From Callorhinchus milii (lineage: Eukaryota): a stretch of DNA of 64,000 bases. The notes beneath the pieces are model-generated. The model was not told the DNA's origin and ran no database searches. It saw only the letters and a list, made by a program, of their open reading frames with translations. The position numbers and the translations under genes were made by a program. Positions 1-12,237 of the stretch are shown in pieces; position 1 is the stretch's first letter, and each line of letters begins with the position of its first letter. The stretch covers positions 107,200,001 through 107,264,000 of the forward strand of contig NW_024704743.1 in assembly GCF_018977255.1 (NCBI RefSeq), read 5' to 3'.

Positions 1-924
1 TGCACTCTTTCCCTAGAGGGACACATTCCTGCTTACCTTAGTCCAGAAAGTATTAGGCGCAGGTTGGCAAGAGCTAAGGCTTGGGGAACTCAGAGCGTGC
101 GTTGTGGTACTGCTGGAGTCTAACCAGCTAAAACTGCTTAGCTTGCCATTGATATCAGTCTGATGGTGATGCCACTCATGCCACCTGCAGTGGCCAGGAC
201 ACTGGACTCATTTTAAATAAACAGTTCAAGGCTATGTTGTTTATTTTGGTTGGCCGGCTGTCTTGACACGAGGAAACCCATCACCATGCTTAAGAGTATC
301 CAAGCCAGAATAAGAGTTCCATTCATGCCGTCTACACATGAATGCTGTGATGGGTAGATGGCTATCCTGGAAGGTTGAGATCAAATGGGCTGAAGGGCTT
401 TCTTCATACAAATGTGACTTGTAATCTTGTGACTACTGGTTTGTGAAACATGCAGTTCAGATCCCAGTATATATTTTTAAGGGTGTAATATGATGTTTGT
501 TTGAAATTCATCTCTGGTCGGGCAAGGAAAGAGACATCCTGCAGGTTTAGATTTACTGTAATAACATTATCATCCAGTAAATGACTGAAAAATGAGTCCA
601 AATTAATTTCTGGTTTTATGATAGATCAAAACTTGGGGTTTTCCCTAAACGCCTGACCTTTTTTCACACTTTGTTTTCCAGATTTGAATATTATGCTCAT
701 AATGTACTAATGCTTACTATCTGAGTTAATCAAACTGAATCCGAGTCCTGTAACACTGTAACACTGACACCGTTTATTGAATGCTAAGAATCTTCACAAA
801 ATCTTCCATCTGGAAAGTACAGTAGTGAGGTTTAAATGAGTAGCTTTGCTTATGATGCCCATGAGCTTTGAGATGTTTTCTTCACACAACAGGTAAAAGT
901 AACTTGTATTGCATGACAAAAGGC

Positions 925-1092
925 AAAGTACTGCAGATGCTGGAAATCTGGTATAAATACAGATGTAGCTGGGAACACGCAGCAGGTCAGGCAGCATCCA
1001 TGGAGAGAGGAAAATGAATTATCATTTCAGGTCAATGACCTTTCGTCAGAATTGAACAAAGGTCATTGAGCTGAAATGTTAACTAATTTTCC
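925..1092. mobile_element. Penelope-like element terminal-repeat remnant, inverted arrangement, with degenerate hammerhead motifs
   Basis: actgcagatgctggaaatct...cagcaggtcaggcagcatccatggagagag is a repeat I recognise as common in sharks and rays. 21-bp inverted arms at 1023-1043 and 1058-1078. Confidence 0.65.
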
Positions 1093-2275
1093 TTGTATTG
1101 TATGATATTTGGTCCAGTCTGCGATTAGTGCAGTTAATGCCATTAGCTTCTTACTCATTAAAAAAAAGTTTGTTGAATATTCCTGGGTCATCCTATAAGA
1201 GAGTTTTAAATGGAAAATGGGAGCCGGCCCACTGCAGGGATACAGTCAGAAGGCAATGACCCATCTCCTGAATCCACCAAATGGTATCAGTAGCAGGGCT
1301 CCAGCAATGATTTGTCTTGTCTGATCCCCTTTTTATACCCCACATTTGGCCAAATTTTGAAAATAATCAACACAGGTTTGGAAATTACAGTATAATTACT
1401 GTGATTACGTAGTTAAAACTATACTTTGTTTGCATTCAAAAAATACAGTTTTCCTGGAGCAAAGACAATGAATGACGAATGTAATGTACTGTACAACAAA
1501 ATTCCACATAGAGTAAGAATGGAGATTGAAGAATTCGATGGCAGGCTGAAGTCTAAACATATGGGATTTGTACATTTTCAAATCTTAATGGTGGTCTAAT
1601 GATTTGTCAACATAAAATATTCTTATTCTATTGTGACAGTTTTATTTTTATGTATAAGTGCACCTACAATCTACAGTCACTACACTTGAAATCTTGCGAT
1701 GCTCTTTGATACAACCTCCCTGCATGAGAGGCACTATATCATATGCAAGGATTATTATTTTAATTATTATTAAGCATTGACAGACATATCTTGCAAAAAG
1801 GTTGTAAAAATATTATTTTTTTAATGGGCTTTTTAAACTCACATATTAGTCATTAGAATCTGTGATTTGAATATTTTTCCATGGTTTAAATTGGGATTTT
1901 AAAGAATGTGATTTTTTTACCCTTTTCTCACTGGTTGGTAAATCATTTTGGTGATATGAGCTTATGATGGGATTTTCCCATTACTAGGTCAAACAACCAC
2001 ACTTGTTGTTAAATTAACAATCAGACGAGAATAATGCCAGAGAGACCAAACAGATTTACTGACAATTGGAGAATCAGTCCCAAGATGTCAGGATGGGGTT
2101 GGAACCTATCAGTGACTGCCACTATCAGCAAACAAGTTGTGAATTGTTTGCAAAGTTCAGGTCATTACATGAATAATAACGTTTCATGCCTTTCATATTC
2201 TGTCAATATCAATGGAATGTAATCACATCAGCATGCTTCACTAAGAATAAAAAAAATTGAAGAGATAATTAGCTT

Positions 2276-2672
2276 TCAGCCTGGCTTAGTTCAGCATGGT
2301 TGCAGTCTCATCTCTGAGTCAGAAGATTGTGGGTTTAAGCCCCACATTGGGACTTTGAGCTCAGAAGTTGGACAGCTACATTGTCAGAGATAATATCCTT
2401 TGGATGAGACATTAACTCGTAGTGTTTTCTGCTTGTTCAGATGGATGCTTACGATCCCATAACACTGTTCGAAAAGAGAAGGGATTTCATTGCTTGGTCA
2501 ACAATCTCCCAGAAGGAAAAAAATGGTATGTCCACATTAGGGCTGTTTGCAGGACATTGCTGTGGACAAACTGCCTGCATTCGACTACACAGTCCTACAT
2601 TAACCATTTTCTGTGGAATGCTTTGAGAAGTTTCAACATGATAAGGCAAGGATCATCATAAAATCAGGATTT
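2276..2672 (+). mobile_element. Older Deu-domain SINE, degenerate, near full length
   Basis: ctctgagtcagaagattgtgggtttaagcccca...tgtcagaga..cctttggatgagacattaa...ttcagatggatg..gatcccat, homologous to 21588-21882. Confidence 0.7.
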
Positions 2673-2701
2673 TGTTGCCAAAGGTAAACTATTGAAACAA
2701 A

Positions 2702-2822
2702 ATAATAATAACATCCTTGTATTTGATATAGTGTCTTATCACGTCTTCAAGACATCTCAAAGTGCTTCACAGAATATACTGTAAAGTGAATTGTCTGTAT
2801 ACTTTGTGGGTGAAATTTGCAG
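2702..2822 (-). mobile_element. SINE 3' tail fragment; similar fragments near 1660-1760, 5245-5315, 13265-13520, 18490-18640, 30152-30256, 32130-32265, 33718-33812, 34110-34280, 39545-39655, 44270-44420, 51595-51705
   Basis: Recurrent motif cttgcatttgatatagcgccttatcacgtc..gagacatctcaaagcgcttcacagaatatactgtaaagtgaattgactg in both orientations. Confidence 0.8.
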
Positions 2823-3879
2823 AGTTTATTAATGGTGCCTTCTCCAAAGGTCTGAAATCATTGAATTCACCCAATCAACTTCAACAAGACCAGCTGGAAC
2901 CTATATCATGACATAACATTGCATTCTGCTCAGAATATTAAAGGTGTCCAGGGGGAAGATATAAATTGTATTGACTAACCACTAAAAACTGTGTGTATCA
3001 TCAATACATTCTCCAGGAAAATTGAATATTACATTGGAATTCAATTGGCATCAGTGAAGCTTCTTGGTAATCATATGAAGAAAGAAATTTTGTTTCAACT
3101 GCAATCACTTAAAGCTGCAATTTAATCCTAAATAAACATTGTAAAATTAGGCATCTGTGGACTGACTGGTATCTCCCCGTCCTCTCTTGGCCAAAATGTC
3201 TGATCAAAGGCATTGAGGCACAGACCTTTTATACAGAACATTCCCTTGTGTTGATGTCATAAAATTCCCCTCCAGTGATAACATGAATGAGGAATGGAAT
3301 TCATCACTCTTAGGAGACAGTGAGCAATGGACAGAATTGCCCACATGTGATGTGACTGGAGAGGAATTTTATGTCACTGCAGGGAAATGTTTCACACAAG
3401 ATTTCTCTTCCCGGGCTGCCTCTCACAGGCAGCAGGTAAGCATAAAATAGAGGCCTGAAAGATAACAGTAAGAATAACTATTACCCTTTGCCATGTATAG
3501 GATTATGTGACATATCACCCCTTAGACATTTAGAATTACGCAACAGTACATTTCTCCTCCAAGGTGTTGGTGTGAGAAATGTACCTGATTGAAGTTGCTA
3601 AGATTGAAAGCCTAATTGCACAGTGCTACCAATTTATGGAGAAAGTATTTTTTTTAAGAAATAAATTGAAGAATGAGGATATATATGTGCATAAGAGTGA
3701 TGTGTAAATAATTACTAGAAAATCCTTGGTGTTTTTTTATGCAAAGAAGAAACCCAGATTTGGCTTTCTTTTTATTATTACTGAAGAAACTAAATCAAAA
3801 TAGTAAGCATAATCACACAAATTTGGACTGGTTGATGCCAGCAAAGTTAGATGGCACCCGAAATATTCTTCAATGCTTA

Positions 3880-4822
3880 CAAAATTACTTACAAACACCT
3901 CTATTTATTATTTCATAAATAGGCGCAACAGTTTCCATTAAAAAAAGATTAAATATAGACATACAGTATGGAGAAACAATTATATATAGCCATATGTAAA
4001 GGTTATAACTTAGCTGTCTCCAATCAGTTGCTGCATCTAATGAACACCAGAAAAGCATTTGGCAGGATTTTTTTTTGTTTTTTTACACAAAAGTATAGAG
4101 CGACATAATTACTAACCATTACACCATAGAGGATACAAAAACATCTATGTAGTACAAAATAAATGTGTTTTGCTTTTTTAACACTTAAAAACTGTTCATG
4201 CTATTCAGTGAGACAATTTGGAGTTGCTTAATAAAATTGTTGGAAGCAATTTTGCAAATATAGAACTATGAAACCATTTTCTTAGAAATTAAGCAAAAAA
4301 TACTAATCTTGCCAATCTGGTCCCACTTGAATGATATAATTCAACTGGACAGAGCCAGTGTAAAGTTATGTTTTAGCTAGGAAACCCTTTATCATTTTAT
4401 ACTCTAAGAGAGTGCAACACAGACCCTATTTACAAACTTGCTATGAGTGCTATATCCATCAGTCAATTTTTTTTAACTGGTTAACTATCAAACAACTGAT
4501 GGAAAGCCTAGGATTGTATTCCTAGATTGACATAAAATTGCTAAGGCAGTTCACTACAGCAGCACTCCACAGCAAAACCAACAGTAAGCAAAATGATCCA
4601 AGTTTCCTTCAGAAACGAAGCAGGACGTTTGTCCGTTAACAATCTTCGATGGAAAGAAGCAAGATGATGTCTTGTAACTTGGGCAATCCCACAAGCTTAA
4701 GTGCAAGCTTAAAGATCTAAGTGCTTAGCGACTTGTTCTCTAAAAGGACACAGAACTGCCTTGATGCAATCCATGTTTGAAGACTTCCCTGCAGTCATCA
4801 TAGGAACGCTGAAGTCACTCCC
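3880..4822 (-). other. TOX: TOX 3' UTR (distal end uncertain; may extend further)
   Basis: AT-rich sequence after the stop codon with no repeat I recognise, running to a candidate AATAAA. Confidence 0.6.
3904..3909 (-). promoter_or_regulatory. Candidate polyadenylation signal AATAAA
   Basis: Plus-strand tttatt is minus-strand AATAAA, followed on the minus strand by GT-rich GTGTTTGTAAGTAATTTTGT. A second AATAAA lies at 3771-3776. Confidence 0.45.
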
Positions 4823-4859
4823 TCAGGTGAGGTACAGTGATTTATCCCTCTGCAAGCTA
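4823..4859 (-). CDS. TOX: TOX terminal coding exon (exon 9), 37 coding nt including TGA
   Basis: Acceptor cttttctcaacag|T AGC TTG CAG AGG GAT AAA TCA CTG TAC CTC ACC TGA = (G)SLQRDKSLYLT*. It completes the phase-2 codon from exon 8 and resembles the mammalian end GMQRDKALYLT. Too short for the ORF track. Confidence 0.93.
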
Positions 4860-6432
4860 CTGTTGAGAAAAGACAATCATTGATTTGTGCAAGAAAAAAG
4901 AGAAAACAACAATTTGTGTAGATATAGTGCCTTCACATAGAATAATGTCTCACATGCTTCACAAGGATGTTGTAGATGTCGAACAAGTCAGGCGGAGGAG
5001 AGGCACGGTCAAAGAGATAAAAATAGAGTGGGAGTGAGATGGAGGGAGATCCAGCGATTTGGACACAGTTGGCCAGGACAAGATAATGGTGTGAGGGCAA
5101 TGTGGCGTGTGATAATATCACCAGTACTAATTATTACATAAACCAAAACTGGAGTCAGTATTAGTCAATAGTTATCGTCAGCTGTGTGGGGTTTCACTGC
5201 TGAATATTGGTCAATAATTTGCACTGGAGATAGTATCATAGGTTGCATTTTGCCCTTGTTATGAAACGTCTCGAAGACATGATAAAGCACTGTATCAAAT
5301 GCAAGGATTATTTTATTAAAGTCTAGTTGGTGAGCAGACAAAACATTTTTTTTGTATTTATCCAAATCAATTGCCAGCACCGTGTACAATAAATCAACCA
5401 GATTTATTACCCGCAAAAAAGTCCAGTGGTTTCTGCATGATTGCACATTGTTAACTTGTTTTTAAATCACTATGATGCATAATGATTGGGTTATTTCCCA
5501 GTAATGATTGCAGATTGCCAGTTCAATACTTCTATTGATTACATTACAGTGTGGACGGCATCACGTGAAAATTGCATGAAATTCCAGCTATGGATATCTG
5601 TCAAAAATATCCTGCCTGTTGATATCTGTCAAAACTACTACAAGAGTGAGAAAATAACAGGTTTATAAACAACTCTCTCCCTCTCACCCCCAGGAACTCA
5701 ATAATAATTATTATTAAAAAAAGAGACACTAAACAATGATAACAATTCTGAAGTGCCACAGCTTCAATTACTAGCATGCAATGACTCCCTGATGTCCATT
5801 ATTTGCCGTGTAATATAAGACCAACAGTGGATCATTAACCGACTAGATGTACTACTGCCTTCCTCTGTATTGTCTCATTAATTCCATGGGAGGCCTGTAA
5901 AGTTAGTGATGACACAATGTAATGACAGGGTGGGATGGGAAACTTAATTGTGGTCAGAGAGGAGGAGGTAGTGGTTGGGGGAGGGGGGGGTGGGAGCAAT
6001 TTCCAATTCAGGAGGAGGAGACGCATGTGGTATCTGAAGGAAAGCCATGCTGGGAGGGAAGAGATCAGGACAATTATCAGTTAGGGATAAAGGCAGCCGT
6101 TGTGTGTCTGCGCTGGTAGGTGGGGAAAGGTTGATTCTTGTTGGCAGTTTTGGGTGGGTGACAGTTTAGAGCAAGATAGGGTACGGAGGAGTGAAATAAA
6201 TGCAAATTAACTGCAAAAAATGAGACTGCAGTCACAAACGCCAATCATTACCACTGCGCCTAAATTTGACATACGTGAATATAAAGTACTAACAGTCCAC
6301 CTAATTTCATGTTGCTTATGAATGCACAATATGCCAGTAGATAATGGGGAGTCTAATCATGGGGGGATAAATAGACACAATTTAAATCTTTCAACCTTCT
6401 TCCTTTCTTATGTGCAACTCTTGATAACTCAC

Positions 6433-6581
6433 CCATTATTGCAGTAGTCGTTCCAGTCAACGCTCTGGGGCGGAGGGTTCCGGCATCCTGAACGAACACA
6501 GTCCATTGCCGGCGTAGCAACAGGTGCGGCGGTCGATGTTGAGTTGATTATGTTTTGAAACTCGGACTGTAAGTTGAAGCT
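6433..6581 (-). CDS. TOX: TOX coding exon (exon 8), 149 nt, phase 0/2
   Basis: SFNLQSEFQNIINSTSTAAPVATPAMDCVRSGCRNPPPQSVDWNDYCNN(G), with the conserved RSGCRNPP motif. Acceptor ttctcctccag|AGC; donor GG|gtgagt. Confidence 0.95.
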
Positions 6582-9500
6582 CTGGAGGAGAAAACAAATA
6601 AGTATTTTCAGGCCTGTCAATTGCGCGATAATAACAACAAGAAATGAAATAAAATGCAACTTCACTTCAATTCTTTTCTTCCACAACTTTTCTGGATGAA
6701 AATGACTTTGGGGGCAGCTCTGTGAAAGAGTGCTTCGATAGACATGCAAAGCCACCCTCACTGCCAGTGAATCTTCTACCGATTGAAAGAACTTAACAGG
6801 GAAGGCAGCATCTTTTCAATCAACCACAAATGCAACGCTGTTACAAAAGGCCTCGTCTATTTAAAAATAAAAGATGCATTGACCACTCATATCATTGCTA
6901 GTTCAAAGAAATACAGTATATATATTCTTAACTTCAGAAAATACTTTCAAATACAGAAAAACATGTGGATCTCTGAATGAATGTTGTCCTTAGAGAAGTC
7001 TCAATTGCTTTGGAACTCGTTTCTCCATGAAATTATCTTTAGGACCATTAAATATCATTGGTAAGAAAAACATGCTGGTTTTATTTATATTCTATTCTGT
7101 ACCATTCCTGTGTCCAGAGTTAGTAGGAAAATGTTAAATAGAATTCGAAAGTCATTCACTTTTTAGTGGTGAATGGCTAGAAATTCCATTTTGTTCTGAA
7201 AGCCAATAAATGCAAATTTACAGTGGTTGTTTTCAGTACAATTCATGCACTGCCTTATAGCCCAAACTGATTAGAGTCAATACTATTCCATTTGCTAAGC
7301 TCTGACTTTTGACAGTGCACGTAGCAACTGTATTACACAGGCGGTCAGCTTGTTACTCTGTATTGATCTCTGACAGACATAATGCATGACAACAGTTTGC
7401 TAGCAGTGTTCTAAGATTAAGGACAACACAATTTAATAGCGAGAAAATATCTCCATTTTGTAATCCTCTTACTGTTCAATTCACCACAATACATTTGTTT
7501 CAGTTGACGTCATCAATGCCTTGTGACTTTGGTCAACTGATGTGGTGGGGGGAAAGGGAACAGATGAGCTGAGTGTAATTCTTACAATGTAGCCAAATAA
7601 AAACTGGTAAGCGGGTTTTAACATTGGCCTATGATGAGGCGCAAAAATAGTACCTTGATATTGCCACTGAGCCATTCCAACATCCCTAATCTTTCATGCC
7701 ATCATTATAATGTACTTCGGAAGACTAGTGCTGACACAATCCGTGGAGCGATGTGAGTGAGGATTATGCCTTTATAAAGTGTCCATGCTGCTATAGAACT
7801 CTGTATAAATATACTCCAATACATATACAGTACAGAATGAGATTCGCCAGGCACCTACAATATACAATTTACATTTATATAGTGCCATCATGTTGGGAAG
7901 TTGTCTCAAAGTGCTTGACACTGCTGGCTGGCGGTATGAGCCGAAGTGGGTGGGAGTGGAAAGATAATTGAAAGTCAAAAAGGTACATCTATAAACAGGC
8001 CTTGAATAAGGGGAGGGAGAGAGTGAGTTGGATGGCGCAGGGATTGCGTTCCAAAGAACTGTCAATTATCTACTGATTGAAAAGACTTTATATGAAAGCT
8101 ACCTTTTTCCAATCAATGGAAAATATATTAGCAAGAGTCCTCTTCTATTTAAAAAAATAATTAGTTTCTGCTGATTATAGTTATATCAGGATTGGTGCAA
8201 ATACAATACAGTACAATTTACATTTATATAGCGCTTTCAAGTCGGGAGGACATCTCAAACAATAAGCCTTTTAATATTATTCCATCTCAAGCAGCTATCT
8301 GATTCCCTTTAAAATAACCTATGCCTCTTGGAGTTAGCCTCCTTTACCAACACTGACACTTTCAATGTTCGCCAGACATCGAGTGCTCCACCTGGATCGA
8401 TCTTGTGAGGTGAGGCAGCAGCGTCTCTGACATAAACAGCGATCGCTCCACGGAAATCTCTGTACGTCACACAATCATGAGGTTTCAGCTCCGAGCTCAT
8501 ATCTCACGAGGCGCAAAGTCTCAGCTGTCTAGTCTGTGTGGCATACAGGTGTTTCCACAGAGAAAACTCTTGTTTATGTTGGAAGGTGGTCTTACAAGGT
8601 GGCCATGTGGGGCAAACGCAAGTAAAGCCATCACTGGGAGTAACCCACTACTGGTTAGCATCCGGGATTGCACGCACAAGGGTTTCCCGATTTCAGACAG
8701 TTCACTGGGGGGAGATTGGCTAAAGGAAGCTCGGTGATTCCATTCGGGAGTCACCATGGCCCACTTTTGGGAATTTTCTCGGGTTTGGACGTGGTGTGGT
8801 GGCAGCAAAAGAGATCTGGGAGTAGGCTGCTCGGAACCCATATCAATCAGGTAAGGGAGGCATGGGTATCGAGGGGGTGGGAGTATGCAATGTTATTTTT
8901 ATTGGCCAGCCGGGTGTCTGAAACATGCAGAAACCCACGCTTAAGGGTATCCACACCTAACTATGCATGTTAACCAACGATTGCTGGAATCTAAAATCCC
9001 CTGCATATAAAAAAATATTTCTGGTGCGATTTTTGATAATCTGTGAAGTAAATAAAGATGTTCACAAGAGGAGTCCCATTAATTACCTTAAAATGTTAAT
9101 CTTCCAATTATATTCATCTGCTGGTATTAATAAAAAATCTAATGATTTTATTGAGAGCTATGTGGTTTTGAGGATTGCCCACTTGCTACGTAAAGTACAT
9201 GTAGGTCAATAAACAAGGATTGTGGTTGAGCTAAGTTTAAGAGAAGGGATGAGGGAGAGTGCTTATTGTTTTTGTTGCTGTCATTATTATTTTAATCTTG
9301 ATATATATAAATGCAGTTGTAGTTAATCTCTGAGACATGCATTTGGATCTGGCTGAAAGAGCAGGCAGCAGGTGGCTGGGTATTTGATTTAACTCTACCT
9401 ATTCATATATTGTTCTCTAAACTCCTCTCCTTCATTCACACACAAAGGCACCATCTGCTCCTCTTTTATCTCCATGAGTCTCAACTAACCAAAATTCAGC

Positions 9501-11052
9501 CAAACACAGCTTTTGTTCTAAGTTCACAGGCAAGAAACACATCAAAAAACACAACAGTTCCTGAAAAAGAAGAACAGCAGCGTGTAAATAAAAATGCCAT
9601 TCAATGTCTTGTACAAAAAAACCTTAGGAATTCAGAAATAAAAGCAATAAACTTGAAATAGCATTTTTAAAATAAAAAAACACGCATTATGCTAGCTCAG
9701 AGAAAAAAATGTCCAGCATATTTATGTGAAATTTGCATTTTTCTCATCTGTTTGATCTAAATTGTTGTAAATCTAAAATCTTGCTGGTTTTCATATTAAC
9801 TTAGTTCAATGAACAGTTTACTTTTCAGAGGGTATCATTTTAGTAAAGGTTTGGGCAAATAAATACAAGCTGTAACATTAATTGATCATATTTATCATAA
9901 ATATGAGCAATTAAAATTTGTTAGGATAGAATGGAATATACAATGAAATTGTCTGTGACAGAGCAGGACTAAATTACCTTCTTTTTCCTAAATTCTTATG
10001 TTTTGACTTCAAAACTTGAAAACTAAAACCATACATTTGGATTTGGTCACATTTCACCACCTAATTCCTCCTCTATAAGGATAAGATTGCAAATGAAACC
10101 TAGACGGGTTATGTTTGCTTTTTGGACTGAGAGAGTTGAAGTAGAATCCTGGGCCAATTAAACAGCAGTGACTGTTCTCTATCAGTCATTCATGAACTAT
10201 GATGAAAGATAAATTGAGCTTAAAAATTAATGCAAAGAAGTCTAATTACACAATAGTGGACATTTTACAGTTTGATCCTCCAGCAACAATTACCAGCTGT
10301 TTTTCTGTGATTGGTGGCATCCATGCCTAGAATTTAAAATTTCGTTTTCATGTGCTGGACTGAAATCAAAAGGAGGACCCGATAGAGATTAATTTGTTGT
10401 CAGAGGGGACATTTGCTCTGTAATTAGATTTTTGAGTCCTAGCAATTTGCTCTGCTGCTGTGCTAAGTCTTATGAAGTCTGCAGCAAAACAGAACACTGA
10501 TCTTCATCTCTGCACTTTACTGTGAACTAATTTCATTTCCTGCCTATCTGAAGAGGTGTTTTCATCAGGCATCAGGGCTTTTTTTGTCCTCGTGGTTGAT
10601 TTATTCATCAATCTCAATGTGATTTTGTTTTTTTACAACCTTGAAATTACATCCAAATCCACACACATCTGTTTATTACATGAGAAAATTGAAAATCTGT
10701 CTTTGTGATATCATACAAAGATTTTTCCACAAGGTTATATAGCAAGTCGACAGATATTAATGATTTCATTTTTTGGGCTTCTTTCCCTTGTAGTGCATGG
10801 AATAACAAGGAGGTTTGGTATATCTGGAAGTATACTCTTGCCCTTGCTATTTTAGTTTCTTTACTCAGTTTAAAATCTTACGTATTTGATCAGCTTGTCC
10901 AAAAATGCTTTGCACATGTAATTCATGAATTAGTTACTTAATGAAGACAAAATATATGAGCACCCTCCAGTAAACACTACAAACTGGATATTTTGTATAA
11001 TGATATAAGCACTTGTTAGGACTTTTCTACGTGTCTGACAATCAATATTATT

Positions 11053-11367
11053 AATAATAATAATCCTTGCATTTGATATAGCACTTTTCACGTCTTCTAG
11101 ACGTTCCAAAGCACTTCACAGAATATACTGTAAAGTGAATTGACTGTATATTTGTGGGCGAACGCAGCAGCCAATTGCGCACAGCAGTGTCCCACAAACA
11201 GTCGTAGATTGAAAATGACCAATTTATTATTGTTTTGTTTTTGGAGGGATTATTATTAGGCGTGTGGAGTAAGGAAACTTGCCCAAGGTTTCGCCCTGCC
11301 TGGAATTGAACTCAGGTCTCTCGCTTGCAAAGCGAGTGCTCTAACCACTGAGCTACAGGACTCCACG
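11053..11367 (-). mobile_element. Full-length young tRNA-derived SINE, same subfamily as 58424-58748
   Basis: The reverse complement is identical to the 58424 copy over roughly the first 105 nt and highly similar through the tail. Confidence 0.92.
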
Positions 11368-11975
11368 GTATAAAGCACATTATCTTTCTTTCAGATATAA
11401 TTCTAATTAATAAAAACTGCTATTGCCAAGAATAACGCTGTAATGATTACTCACGGGGTTGGGTGGGAGAGCTCCATAGAATGAGAAACTTTCACAGAGG
11501 GAAGGCCACATGCAAAGAAAGGCAAGTGACAGAACTGAAAGCCTAGTAGTGGTGGAGCGAGGCATGCACAATAGCAGTGATCAAGTGTACTGATTCTGTG
11601 TACTATGTGCATTTACTCCCCATGAATGCTATTTATTCCCATTGAATTCCCTTCACTTGAAAGTGATTTTACTAGGCTCATCTCTCCATGGCCACTGCCA
11701 GTGTTACCCATGCTTGTCTGCAACCCTAACTAACTGAACAAACATAATGCATTTCTTCAATGGATGGAGCGTCTAGTTGTATTTACAAACCAAGGAGAAC
11801 TAGCCAACCAAAGCAAGAAACTTCTACCATAAATACAGGATCAATTGATTGATTAAATAGAAGATGAGTGATAATTGGAAAGTAGAGATATTAAAAGATA
11901 TAGTGAAAGAAATGAACTGGAATTAAAAGAGGTGGTAATTTGTAATTATTAGGATAGTATGGAATATACAATGAA

Positions 11976-12237
11976 GCAAGCTTTCAGCCACTCTGTCCCC
12001 TCCCTCTAGAACTCCATCTTGCAATCCCTCCACCTCACCCCCTCCCTTGCCTCCTTCAAGACCCGTCTCAAGACTCCTCTTTGACCATGCCTTCGGCCAC
12101 CCTCCTCCCCCTCCTGCCCTCCACCCTCCCTGATCCCGACCCCCAGTTCAGGTCCGAAACACTGATTGTGCAGCACCTTGGGACGTCCTACTGACGTGAA
12201 AGGCGCTATACAAATGTAATTTATTTGTTGTTGTTAT
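11976..12237 (+). mobile_element. L2-type LINE 3' end inserted into a CR1-like tail
   Basis: gctttcagccactctgtcccctccctctagaactc...ccttcaagacccgtctcaagac...cttgggacgtcc..gtgaaaggcgctatacaaatg(ttg)n, flanked by tgaa on both sides. Confidence 0.8.

Noticed and set aside
5852..5894. Alternative terminal exon encoding (G)PPMELMRQYRGRQ*
   Set aside because: It is in frame after an AG, but the polypyrimidine tract is weak, the CACTAAC branch-like motif is too close to the AG, and there is no TOX similarity. 4823-4859 matches the known C terminus.
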